A model generated the notes under the pieces. It saw only the letters and a list, made by a program, of their open reading frames with translations. It had not been told where the DNA came from and searched no databases. A stretch of DNA of 32,000 nt. Origin: Nanopusillaceae archaeon. Lineage in GTDB: Archaea; Nanobdellota; Nanobdellia; Nanobdellales; Nanobdellaceae. The stretch is from positions 30,001 to 62,000 of the forward strand of contig JBMFJD010000003.1 in the NCBI GenBank assembly GCA_049974095.1, in the 5' to 3' direction. Position numbers and translations under genes: made by a program. Each line of letters opens with the position of its first letter. The stretch's first letter is position 1. Shown here piece after piece: positions 1-11,140 of this stretch.

Positions 1-643
1 TTGGAGCATAATAATTATATTTTTCTAATAAAGGAAATATTTTCCAGAAGAAAATATATTGATAATGATCAAAAATTCTTTTATCTGGATCCAATAAATC
101 TATTAACCATCCCTCATTTTCAATTCCAATTTCCTTCAATATTCTATAATTTATATCTAATATCTTTTCAGAAATGTCTACATAAATATATTTTTTAGGC
201 TTTTTTTCTGAAAAATAAATTGAAATAGGATTTAATCCAGATGCTAGATCTAATATTGTTTCTGGATCTTCAATAAAAATGCTATTATATATTTCTTTAT
301 AGAAATTTAATCTTTCTGCAGTTGATCTTGATAACATTAGTAACTGTATTATCTTTTCTTCCAAGCTTAACTCATCATTAAAAATAATTTTATCTATTTG
401 TTTATCTTCTTTTGGAGTAAATAATCCATATATTTCATGCAATATTTTTCTTATTTCCTTAAAAAATAAATAAAATTCTTCATCATTTTTTAATTGTTTA
501 ATATTTTTTGCTTTTTTTATTTTTTCATACAAATATTTCCTTTTATTTAATTCATCTTTTATTATTTTTTCTATTACAATATCAGATACATTTCTTAATT
601 CTTTTTTCCTTTTTATTTCATTTATTATCTCATATAGCTCCAT
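1..643 (-). CDS. FmrO/Rmt/ArmA-family 16S rRNA (guanine-N7) methyltransferase homologue; 3' end runs off the window; absent from supplied ORF track
   Basis: Hand translation of the minus strand from ATG at ~641-643 stays open to position 1 (214 codons): MELYEIINEIKRKKELRNVSDIVIEKII...ILHEIYGLF...LSRSTAERLNFYKEIYNSIF..ETILDLASGLNPISIY..YIYVDIS...WKIFPLLEK. The STxERL, LDxxxGLNP and PLLE blocks and the N-terminal KKxxR..V..I..E block align with RmtB/ArmA/Sgm as I remember them. The ATG overlaps the last 19 nt of the upstream gene. Confidence 0.65.
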   Translation of the reverse strand, partial: MELYEIINEIKRKKELRNVSDIVIEKIIKDELNKRKYLYEKIKKAKNIKQLKNDEEFYLFFKEIRKILHEIYGLFTPKEDKQIDKIIFNDELSLEEKIIQLLMLSRSTAERLNFYKEIYNSIFIEDPETILDLASGLNPISIYFSEKKPKKYIYVDISEKILDINYRILKEIGIENEGWLIDLLDPDKRIFDHYQYIFFWKIFPLLEKYNYYAP

Positions 644-1339
644 ATTATTTCATATTCTTTTCTTTTACATATTTTGCAATCTTTTGATTTTACCTTTAAT
701 TCTTCTAAGTTAAATCTATCTTTTATGTTAAAATGATATACTTTTCCTTTTTTATCTCCCCCTACATATTTTAAAAATAATCTTAACATAAGAGAAGATG
801 CAAAAAATACTGCAGAAGGATCTACACCATTTGTATTACATGTTAAAACATCTTCTTTTCCTTGAAATATATCATAAAAACAAAATTCTTCAGGATTTAT
901 TAATCCTACAAATCCTTGATCCATTACTACAGATCCAAATATATATGGTTTACTTAAATAAATAGAAAATTCATTTAATAAATACTTTGTTTTAATATCA
1001 TCTACACAATCAAAAAATATATCTGTATTAAATACTTCTTTTTTTATCTCTTTATATTTTTTTATTTCAACATTATTATCTATATTTCTTAATCTTTTTT
1101 CTAGCGCATCTATTTTTAGTTTTCCAATATCTTCTAATGTATAATTTTGTCTATTTAAATTTTTTTCTTCAACAATATCAAAATCCACAATTACTAATTT
1201 TTTTACTCCAACTCTTACTAAAAATTCTGATAACCATGATCCCAATCCTCCTACTCCAACTATTGTAACAGAAATATCCTGCATTTTTTTAACATTTTCA
1301 ATTCCAAAAAATTTTATTTGAGAGATATATTTAGAAAAA

Positions 1340-1347
<8 letters not shown>
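625..1347 (-). CDS. ThiF/MoeB/HesA-family E1-like adenylyltransferase
   Basis: Track ORF is 625..1398. I prefer the ATG at 1345-1347 (MDSFSKY...), 2 nt after the cdc48 stop. Motifs: nucleotide loop IVGVGGLGSW, DFD...NLNRQ, conserved Cys in LTCNTNGV (aligns with NCxxxGV of ThiF/MoeB), C-terminal CKICK pair. Confidence 0.8.
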
Positions 1348-3733
<2,386 letters not shown>

Positions 3734-3810
3734 ATTATGGTATATTATAAATTCACCTTTTAAATATAAAGAAAGTAAAATTTAAATTGTTCAATATAAT
3801 ATTGTTTTTT

Positions 3811-4140
3811 ATGGCATTAAATATTAGAAGAATATCTGAAACCGTAAGATCAAAAGTATATACAGAAGACGGATATTTCTTGGGAGAAGTAGAAGATGCA
3901 ATAATCATGGGTAATAAAATTTATGGATGGAAAATAAAAGTATTGGATCTTGATTTAGCTAGAAGAGGAATAAAGGGAATTATAGCACCACATCAATTAA
4001 TAAAAGCAATGGGACAAATCTGGATAGTATCTAGAGCTGTCTATTCTGTAAAATCATCAGAATCTGAGGAAAACGAAGAAAAAGAGGAGAAACCTGAAGA
4101 AAATAAGGAAGAAAATATAAAGGTTGAAAAAGTTGAATAA
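3811..4140 (+). CDS. PRC-barrel domain protein with acidic C-terminal tail
   Basis: Track ORF starts at TTG 3787; ATG 3811 (MALNIRRISE...) is more plausible. PRC-barrel-like core VYTEDGYFLGEVEDAII..GWKIKV...IAPHQLI..IWIV, then SSESEENEEKEEKPEENKEEN tail. Confidence 0.6.
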   Translation: MALNIRRISETVRSKVYTEDGYFLGEVEDAIIMGNKIYGWKIKVLDLDLARRGIKGIIAPHQLIKAMGQIWIVSRAVYSVKSSESEENEEKEEKPEENKEENIKVEKVE

Positions 4141-4145
4141 TTTTT

Positions 4146-4544
4146 TTACCTATATGCTGTTGTATAGTGCTTTCTTGCTTTTGATGTAGGAGATTTCCTT
4201 TGTTCTTTTCTTCTTGGATCTGATTTTAACATATATGGATCATATTGAAGGAATAATAATTTTAATTTATCATCATTGAAATATTGTACTAATCCTTTTG
4301 CAATTGCAATTCTAGCTGCTTCTGCTTGTCCCATATATCCTCCTCCTATTACTTTTACCTTAATATTTACTTTTGAAACATATTCTTCTCCAGCTAAAAC
4401 TAATGGTTCCATTATTCTTAATCTTGCTAAAAATGGTTCATACAAATGTAATAGTTTTGAATTAATCAATACTTTACCATTACCTTCTTTTATATATGCT
4501 TTTGCAATGGCTGTTTTTCTTTTTCCAGTAACAACTATTGTCAT
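4146..4544 (-). CDS. rps9: 30S ribosomal protein S9 (uS9)
   Basis: GKRKTAIAKAYIKEGNGKVLIN, basic C-terminus ...RKHYTTAYR. Sits downstream of L13 as in the conserved archaeal L18e-L13-S9 cluster. Confidence 0.93.
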   Translation of the reverse strand: MTIVVTGKRKTAIAKAYIKEGNGKVLINSKLLHLYEPFLARLRIMEPLVLAGEEYVSKVNIKVKVIGGGYMGQAEAARIAIAKGLVQYFNDDKLKLLFLQYDPYMLKSDPRRKEQRKSPTSKARKHYTTAYR

Positions 4545-4568
4545 TTTATATCTTATTATATTAAGGTT

Positions 4569-5015
4569 TTAAAATTTTCCTCCAATTTGCCTTGATAGTT
4601 CCTCCAAATAATGATATTCTTTTACATTACCTTCTTTAATCCTATTCTCTATTAAACAATTCTCTATTTTCTCTAATTGTATATTTTTATATTCATCTGG
4701 TATTCCCAAAAATACTTTAACTCTCTTTAAAGCATTTCTACCCCTCCAATTCTTTGGTAGCATTCCCATTATTACCCTTCTAACAATTTTATCTGGTCTT
4801 TTTGGATAGAATGGTCCTTTTATCCAATCTCCTCTTTCATTTACTTTATGATTCCAATATTCTACCAAATAACTCCATTTTCCAGTTAATACTACTTTTT
4901 CTGCATTAAATATATACACCTCGTACCCTTCTAATGCATATTTCGCTGCATAAGATACTAATCTTCCCAAAATATGATTTTCTGCATCTATATATTTTTT
5001 ACCAATAGACATCAT
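4569..5015 (-). CDS. rpl13: 50S ribosomal protein L13 (uL13)
   Basis: IDAENHILGRLVSYAAKYALEG..V.IFNAEKVVLTGK; PKRPDKIVRRVIMGMLP. Has a 4-nt overlap with the L18e stop. Confidence 0.93.
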   Translation of the reverse strand: MMSIGKKYIDAENHILGRLVSYAAKYALEGYEVYIFNAEKVVLTGKWSYLVEYWNHKVNERGDWIKGPFYPKRPDKIVRRVIMGMLPKNWRGRNALKRVKVFLGIPDEYKNIQLEKIENCLIENRIKEGNVKEYHYLEELSRQIGGKF

Positions 5016-5377
5016 ATTATTATTTTTACATTTGTTCCTTTAGGATTTGCCTTTACTAATTCTTCTATACTAATAATTTTGCTTCCTACCTTTTCTACTT
5101 TTTCTTTTGCAGATTGAGAATATCTCCATACTGCAATTGTTATTTTTTTATTAAGTATTCCTGATGCTAATAATTTACCAGGAATTACAATTACATCTCC
5201 GTCTTTTGTATATTTTTGTAATTTTCCTAAATTAACTTCAATTCTTTTTCTAGTTGGTTTATTTAATAATTCGGCTACATATATCCAAATATTAGCATTA
5301 TTTTTTCTACCTTCTTTCTTTAACATATGAATTAATTTCCTGAGGTAAATATTAGTGGGTCCTGTCCTTTTTACCAT
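5012..5377 (-). CDS. rpl18e: 50S ribosomal protein L18e (eL18)
   Basis: MVKRTGPTNIYLRKLI...IWIYVAELLNKPTRKRIEVNLGKL is typical L18e. It is the first gene of the L18e-L13-S9 cluster. Confidence 0.9.
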   Translation of the reverse strand: MVKRTGPTNIYLRKLIHMLKKEGRKNNANIWIYVAELLNKPTRKRIEVNLGKLQKYTKDGDVIVIPGKLLASGILNKKITIAVWRYSQSAKEKVEKVGSKIISIEELVKANPKGTNVKIII

Positions 5378-5408
5378 TTTTCATAACTTATAGAAAATAT
5401 TTTAAAAA

Positions 5409-6020
5409 TTATTGCTTAAAATCTTTAGAAATCAAAGATTGAGTAGCACCTTCTTCTCCAACATATTTTGATCCTTTTCTTTTATCATATGGTATCTCTA
5501 CAGGCTCTGTTTCAAAGAATACAATTTGTGCAGTTTTTGTTTTAGGATATAATTTTATTGGTATTTTATTTACATTTATTATTTCTAATGTTAAATTTCC
5601 TTTATATCCAGGATCCACATAACCTGCAGAAGTATGAACTAATAAACCCAATCTACCAATAGAAGATCTTCCATGCATTTGTCCAACAATATTATCTGGT
5701 AATTCTATATATTCATATACAGATGCCAAAATAAATTCACCAGGATGAATTATTATTGGAATACTATCATTTTTTATAATATATAAATCTGAATATTTTC
5801 CTACATGAATTATATAGTTTTCTGTATCAATTCTCGTATATATATCTTCCTCATAATCTTTTATATCTATCGCTTCCATTTCCAATGATTTAAATACTCT
5901 AAATTTATATCCTAACCTAATATCTAAAGAAGAAGGCCCTACTAAATTTTCATCAAATGGCTCTACAACTATTTTTCTGCTTTTTATATATTCTTTAATT
6001 TTTTTATCATTTAGAATCAT
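5409..6020 (-). CDS. dcd: dCTP deaminase (dUTPase superfamily)
   Basis: MILNDKKIKEYI..VEPFDE..VGPSSLDIRLG; GRSSIGRLGLLVHTSAGYVDPGYKGNLTLEI; AQIVF. Confidence 0.9.
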   Translation of the reverse strand: MILNDKKIKEYIKSRKIVVEPFDENLVGPSSLDIRLGYKFRVFKSLEMEAIDIKDYEEDIYTRIDTENYIIHVGKYSDLYIIKNDSIPIIIHPGEFILASVYEYIELPDNIVGQMHGRSSIGRLGLLVHTSAGYVDPGYKGNLTLEIINVNKIPIKLYPKTKTAQIVFFETEPVEIPYDKRKGSKYVGEEGATQSLISKDFKQ

Positions 6021-6029
6021 AATAGAATA

Positions 6030-6722
6030 ATGTATGACTATATTATAAATTTAATTAAAGAGATAGATTTCCAATTTTGGTGGCCAGTAGATTTAAAATA
6101 TCATAGTAAAAATAATGGAGACTGGAGAGTAGAAATAATAATTGGTGCTATATTAACACAAAATACAAAATGGGATTTTGTAGAGAAAAATCTAATATAT
6201 TTAAAAAATAAAGGATTTATATTCAGATTAGAAAATATAAAAAATTTAAATTATGAAGATATAAAAGTCCCTTTTAGAATTAGAAAATTAGACACATTAA
6301 AAGAATTATCAGAATTTATATTAAATAATTATAAAAGTTTAGATGATTTTTCCAAAAATGATTTATATAAAATTAGGAAAGAATTATTGGAAATAAAAGG
6401 AATTGGAAGAGAAACTGCAGATGCAATAATATTATATTCTCTAGAAAAACCAATTTTTGTAGTAGATTATTATACAAAGCTATTTCTAAATAAATTTATT
6501 GACTATGACAAATTAAGAATAGAAATAGAAGAATTTATAAAAAATAATATAGAAAAAATAGAAAAAATATTCTTAGAAAAATTGAAAAAATATAAAAGAG
6601 AATATTATCCATTTTTATCAGTTTTTAATCTATTGGATAATATTGATGTTAATAAAAAGCTTGTTATAATATATAAAGAATTACATGCAATGATTGATAT
6701 AAAAATGAAAAGTTTAAAGTAG
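6030..6722 (+). CDS. Endonuclease III-related HhH-GPD protein lacking a C-terminal Fe-S motif
   Basis: IIGAILTQNTKW; helix-hairpin-helix LLEIKGIGRETADAIILY; VVDYY. No Cys cluster at the C-terminus. Confidence 0.75.
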   Translation: MYDYIINLIKEIDFQFWWPVDLKYHSKNNGDWRVEIIIGAILTQNTKWDFVEKNLIYLKNKGFIFRLENIKNLNYEDIKVPFRIRKLDTLKELSEFILNNYKSLDDFSKNDLYKIRKELLEIKGIGRETADAIILYSLEKPIFVVDYYTKLFLNKFIDYDKLRIEIEEFIKNNIEKIEKIFLEKLKKYKREYYPFLSVFNLLDNIDVNKKLVIIYKELHAMIDIKMKSLK

Positions 6723-6741
6723 TTTTTAATATTAATAAAAA

Positions 6742-8079
6742 ATGGTAAATATAAATAATTTTGAAAGGGCTTCTGAATTATTAAAGAATAGGATAACTAT
6801 AAAAGATCTAGAAAAAATAGAATATGAAAAAGAAGTAATATTAGCTGGTTGGATAATAAATATAAAAACAATTGGAAATATAGCCTTTGTCATATTAAGA
6901 GATAAAAGTGGTGATGCACAAATTACATTAAAGAAAGAAATTTTAGGAGATTTAGATTTTATTAAAGATTTATCATTACATACATTTATTGTTGTAAAAG
7001 GAAAATATATAAAAGGAATTGCAAAAAAATATAAAGAAGTAATTGGAGAAGAAATATATTTATTAGGAGAGACTGCAGATAGATTACCAATAGATGAAAA
7101 ATCAATATTTGAAAAAAGATTAAATTATAGATGGATAGATTTGAGAGATCCATCAAAATCTTTAATAATTACATTAGCATCTGAATTCGTAAAATATGTT
7201 AGAGAATTTTTATATCAAAATAATTTTATTGAGATATTTTCACCAAAAATAATAAGTACTGCAACAGAAGGAGGAGCAGAAGTATTTGAAATAAAATATT
7301 TCGATAAAAAAGCATATTTGGCACAATCTCCTCAATTTTATAAACAAATGGCAATATGTTCTGGATTTGAAAAGGTATTTGAAATTGCACCAGCATTTAG
7401 GGCAGAACCATCTTTTACTTCAAGACATCTAACAGAATTTACATCATTTGATGTAGAGGTAGGATATATATCTTCTCACCATGATATAATGGATTTAGAA
7501 GAGAATTTATTGAAATATGTAATGAAAAAATTAAAAGAAAATTGGGAAGATGAAATAAAAAAATATTATAATGTAGAAATAATAATACCAAACAATATAC
7601 CTAGAATAAAAATGGAGGAAGTATATGAAATTATTGGAAAAAATAATATAAAAGAAAATGGAGATATAACTTCTGAAGGAGAAAAAATTTTAGGAGAATA
7701 TGTTAAAAAAGAATATAATTCTGAATTTGTTTTTATTATTGATTGGCCATGGACTGCAAGACCATTTTATCATATGAAAGGAGAACCAATGAAAAATGGA
7801 ACAATTACAACAAAAAGTTTTGATTTATTATATAAAGGATTAGAAATTACTACAGGTTCTCAAAGAGAACATAGGTATTCTATATTATTACAGCAAATAA
7901 AAGAGAAAGGATTAAATCCTGAAAACTTTAAATATTATTTAGAATTCTTTAGATATGGAGCACCACCAATGGGTGGATTTGGATCTGGAATTTCAAGATT
8001 TATTAAACAATTATTAAATATTGAAAATGTAAAAGAAGCAGTATTATTACCAAGAGATCCAAATAGATTGGAACCATGA
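6742..8079 (+). CDS. aspS: Aspartyl-tRNA synthetase, archaeal type
   Basis: OB-fold N-domain (VILAGWI..IKTIGNIAFVILRD.SG). Class II motifs QSPQFYKQ, FRAEPS.TSRHLTEF, GGFGSGISRF. Confidence 0.93.
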   Translation: MVNINNFERASELLKNRITIKDLEKIEYEKEVILAGWIINIKTIGNIAFVILRDKSGDAQITLKKEILGDLDFIKDLSLHTFIVVKGKYIKGIAKKYKEVIGEEIYLLGETADRLPIDEKSIFEKRLNYRWIDLRDPSKSLIITLASEFVKYVREFLYQNNFIEIFSPKIISTATEGGAEVFEIKYFDKKAYLAQSPQFYKQMAICSGFEKVFEIAPAFRAEPSFTSRHLTEFTSFDVEVGYISSHHDIMDLEENLLKYVMKKLKENWEDEIKKYYNVEIIIPNNIPRIKMEEVYEIIGKNNIKENGDITSEGEKILGEYVKKEYNSEFVFIIDWPWTARPFYHMKGEPMKNGTITTKSFDLLYKGLEITTGSQREHRYSILLQQIKEKGLNPENFKYYLEFFRYGAPPMGGFGSGISRFIKQLLNIENVKEAVLLPRDPNRLEP

Positions 8080-8792
8080 CGGAATTTTATATTATATTTG
8101 TAGAACCAGAATCTGAAGATAATATTGGAGCATTGGGAAGAGTAATGGCAAATTTTGGATTTAAAAATTTAATATTAGTACATCCATTAGTAAACCCATT
8201 TTCCGAAAAAGTAAAAATTGTTGCAAGAGATAAAGGATGGGAAATAATTAAAAATGCAAAAATATATAATGATTTAAAGGAAGTAATAGACTTATTTGAT
8301 ATAAATTATGGAACTACTGGCGTTTCTTCTAAAAAAGCAAATGAAATATTAAGAAACCCTATAACTCCAAGAGAATTAGGAGAAAAAATATGGAAATATG
8401 AGGAAAAAATAGGCATATTTTTTGGAAGAGAATCTAGGGGATTCACAAATGAGGAATTGGATTTATTTGATTCAATAATAACAATACCTGCTGATGAAGA
8501 ATACCCTATAATGAATATAACACATGCTGCTGCAATAATTTTATATGAAATTTTTATAACAAAAAATAATCCAATTAGGAAAACATTTAAGTTAATAAAT
8601 AATGAAGAAAAGAAAATATTATATAAAAGTTTTAAAGAATGGGTAGATCTATTACCTACATTCGATTATAGAAAACCCGTAATTTATAGAGCATTAAGAA
8701 ATTTAATTGGAAAATCTTTGATAACAAAAAGAGAATATTCGATATTAATGGGAATATTAAGATTGACAAAAGAAAAAATAAAAAATAATTAA
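8076..8792 (+). CDS. SPOUT (SpoU/TrmJ-like) RNA 2'-O-methyltransferase
   Basis: FYIIFVEPESEDNIGALGRVMANFGF; IFFGRESRGFTNEEL; ITIPADEEYPIMNITHAAAIILYE. ATGA overlap with the aspS stop. Confidence 0.8.
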   Translation: MTEFYIIFVEPESEDNIGALGRVMANFGFKNLILVHPLVNPFSEKVKIVARDKGWEIIKNAKIYNDLKEVIDLFDINYGTTGVSSKKANEILRNPITPRELGEKIWKYEEKIGIFFGRESRGFTNEELDLFDSIITIPADEEYPIMNITHAAAIILYEIFITKNNPIRKTFKLINNEEKKILYKSFKEWVDLLPTFDYRKPVIYRALRNLIGKSLITKREYSILMGILRLTKEKIKNN

Positions 8793-9313
8793 TCTTTTAT
8801 AAAATTCAAATATTTATTTATTGAAGCAAATGCTTTCCCTCCTTTATGTAAAGGAACTTTCCAAAATTCCTTTAATCCATATTCTTCTACATCTCCATAA
8901 TAATCAACAACTTCTACAATAAATAACCTATGAGCACCAATATCTACAAAATTTATTACTTTTGCCTCAATAACTCCTAAAGCATTTTCCAATACTGGTA
9001 CATCTAATTTATTTCCTCTTTTTACTTTTAAATTAAATTCTTTTATTTTATCTATTTCTTTCCCACTTGTTGTTCCTAATTTCCATAATAAATTATAATC
9101 ATCAATTACATTGATAGAATATTGTTTATATTTATTTATTAATTCAAATGTCCTATTTTCTCTTTCACATGCCAATACTGCTGCTTTTATTTCATCATCA
9201 CATGGCATTACCCAAGAAGCTGCCATAAAATTTATTTCATTATTGTTTATGCTTCCAGATCCAATTGCATATGCTGGTCTTGGATGTAAAATATAGTAAA
9301 ATTTCTTTAGCAT
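8789..9313 (-). CDS. Flavin reductase-like FMN-binding domain protein
   Basis: LHPRPAYAIGS....NFMAASWVMP...; length and pattern fit the flavin-reductase-like split barrel. Has a 4-nt convergent overlap with the preceding gene. Confidence 0.6.
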   Translation of the reverse strand: MLKKFYYILHPRPAYAIGSGSINNNEINFMAASWVMPCDDEIKAAVLACERENRTFELINKYKQYSINVIDDYNLLWKLGTTSGKEIDKIKEFNLKVKRGNKLDVPVLENALGVIEAKVINFVDIGAHRLFIVEVVDYYGDVEEYGLKEFWKVPLHKGGKAFASINKYLNFIKD

Positions 9314-9348
9314 ATCATTTTATAAGATTTTGCTATTTAAATATCATA

Positions 9349-9714
9349 ATGCCAGAAGAAAATGTTAATCCAGTAATTCAAATGTATCAACCTGTTCAAC
9401 AGGTACAGCAAAATGTTCAAGAACAAAATACTCAACAAACACAACAAGAAGAAAAAAAAGAAAATATTCAGGAATTTCATATAAAGTTAAATATTAGAAA
9501 ATGGATATTAAGAACTCCTTTATTTAGAAGAGCAAAAAAGGCATCAAAAGTAATTAAAGAGATAATAAAGAAAAGATATAAAGGAAATATTGTAAGATTG
9601 TCTATAAAGTTAAATAATTATATTTGGTCTAGAGGAATTAAAAAACCACCAACAAAATATAAACTAAAAATTATAAAAAAAGAAGACAAGATATATGTTG
9701 ATTTAGATGAATGA
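9349..9714 (+). CDS. rpl31e: 50S ribosomal protein L31e (eL31) with Gln-rich N-terminal extension
   Basis: Track ORF 9265..9714 overlaps the divergent gene; the ATG at 9349 (MPEENV...) is the first plausible start. Core FHIKLNIRKW...RRAKKASKVIKEIIKKRY...LNNYIWSRGIKKPPTKYKLKI matches the L31e pattern. Confidence 0.85.
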   Translation: MPEENVNPVIQMYQPVQQVQQNVQEQNTQQTQQEEKKENIQEFHIKLNIRKWILRTPLFRRAKKASKVIKEIIKKRYKGNIVRLSIKLNNYIWSRGIKKPPTKYKLKIIKKEDKIYVDLDE

Positions 9715-10789
9715 AGGAAAGGCAATAATAAATTATAATAAAGATTTTTTAAAGAATTTATCAAGTAAATTACCAGTATTTTATAATCCATTAATGAAAA
9801 TAAATAGAGATAGTACTATATTAGTTCTAAAATCTTATTATGATATTACAGGAAAAAAATTAAAGATTTTTGATTGTATGGCAGCAACAGGAATTAGATC
9901 TATAAGAATAATAAAAGAAATACCAGAAGTTATAAGGGAAATATATATAAATGATATAAAAAAAGAAGCATATGAAAATATTTTAGAAAATTTAAAATTA
10001 AATAATATAGAAATAAATGAAAAAATAAAAATATTAAATAAAGATTGTAGAGAAATATTATTAAAAGAAAAATTCGATTATATTGATATAGATCCTTTTG
10101 GTACTCCAGTCGGTTTTGTAGAACTTTTATCAAAATCTTTAAATAAATACGGAATTGGTGGAATTACAGCAACAGATATTTCTTCATTATCTGGTTCTAG
10201 ACCAAAATCTTGTTTTAAAAAATATAATACAATAGGAATAAAGACAGACTTTTATTTAGAATTTGGATTAAGAAATCTGGCAAAATATATAATTGTTGAA
10301 GGATTAAAATATGATACTGCATTAATACCAATTTTTGGATATTACTATAAACATCATTATAGAATTTATGTTAAAAAGAGTTTAAAAAGCAAAGATATAA
10401 ATTATTTAATTGATAATATAAGGGAAATTTATTATTGTGAAAAATGTGGATATAAGAATTTAGAAGGAGGAAAATGTAAAATATGCGAAAATGAAATGAA
10501 AAAATTAGGACCAATTTATATTGGAAAATTATATGATGAAAAAATTTTAGAAAAAATTAAAGAAAATATAAAAATTTTGGAAATGGATAAAGAAGAAAAT
10601 AAAGTTTTTGATAATATATTTAATTGTGATTCAAAAATAGATGTTTGGTATTACTATGATATAAGGAAAATATCTTCATATTATAAGAAAAATTTACCAA
10701 AAATAGAAAAAATTATTTTAGAAAATAATGGATGTAGAACTCATTTTACTCCATATGGTATCAAATTATATGATTATCCCAAAATTTAA
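9707..10789 (+). CDS. trm1: tRNA (guanine26-N2)-dimethyltransferase Trm1
   Basis: FYNPLMKINRDSTILV; DCMAATGIRSIR; DIDPFGTP; Zn ribbon CEKCGY...CKICE. Has an 8-nt overlap with rpl31e. Confidence 0.9.
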   Translation: MNEGKAIINYNKDFLKNLSSKLPVFYNPLMKINRDSTILVLKSYYDITGKKLKIFDCMAATGIRSIRIIKEIPEVIREIYINDIKKEAYENILENLKLNNIEINEKIKILNKDCREILLKEKFDYIDIDPFGTPVGFVELLSKSLNKYGIGGITATDISSLSGSRPKSCFKKYNTIGIKTDFYLEFGLRNLAKYIIVEGLKYDTALIPIFGYYYKHHYRIYVKKSLKSKDINYLIDNIREIYYCEKCGYKNLEGGKCKICENEMKKLGPIYIGKLYDEKILEKIKENIKILEMDKEENKVFDNIFNCDSKIDVWYYYDIRKISSYYKKNLPKIEKIILENNGCRTHFTPYGIKLYDYPKI

Positions 10790-10817
10790 AATTAAACAAA
10801 AACCATAATATATTTAT

Positions 10818-11105
10818 ATGAGATATAGCTTATTAATAAGAATAGAAAAGAAAGTATCTATTGATGGAAACCCTGATATTTTATGGTATATTAATCAATT
10901 AGTTAAAAATACTAATGATTTAGAAAATATTCTAGAAGCTTTGAGATTATATAAACAAAAATTTAGGAAAAAGAATAAAATGAATATTGTTATTGTTGGA
11001 GATATAGATAAAAATATTATGGAAAAATATAAAGATGATTTTAATATTATTATACAAAAAGATGTCCAAGAAAATATAACTAAATTTATAGACAAAAATA
11101 AATAA
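10818..11105 (+). CDS. Hypothetical protein (95 aa)
   Basis: ORF fills the gap between trm1 and hef on the same strand. I recognise no motif. Confidence 0.4.
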   Translation: MRYSLLIRIEKKVSIDGNPDILWYINQLVKNTNDLENILEALRLYKQKFRKKNKMNIVIVGDIDKNIMEKYKDDFNIIIQKDVQENITKFIDKNK

Positions 11106-11140
11106 TATATGATAAAAACCTTTTTACTATATTTTATATT

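Noticed and set aside
1-198. Track ORF 1..198 (+), 65 aa, TTG start
   Set aside because: It lies antisense to a much longer, motif-bearing minus-strand ORF (the Rmt/FmrO-like CDS). It has low-complexity F/I/L/Y composition and no recognisable motif.
4276-4572. Track ORF 4276..4572 (+), 98 aa
   Set aside because: It is antisense to ribosomal protein S9, which is strongly supported by sequence and synteny.
9111-9296. Track ORF 9111..9296 (+), and the 5' extension of ORF 9265..9714
   Set aside because: Both lie antisense to, or overlap, the flavin-reductase-like gene. The L31e homology only begins downstream, and ATG 9349 gives a clean 35-bp divergent spacer.
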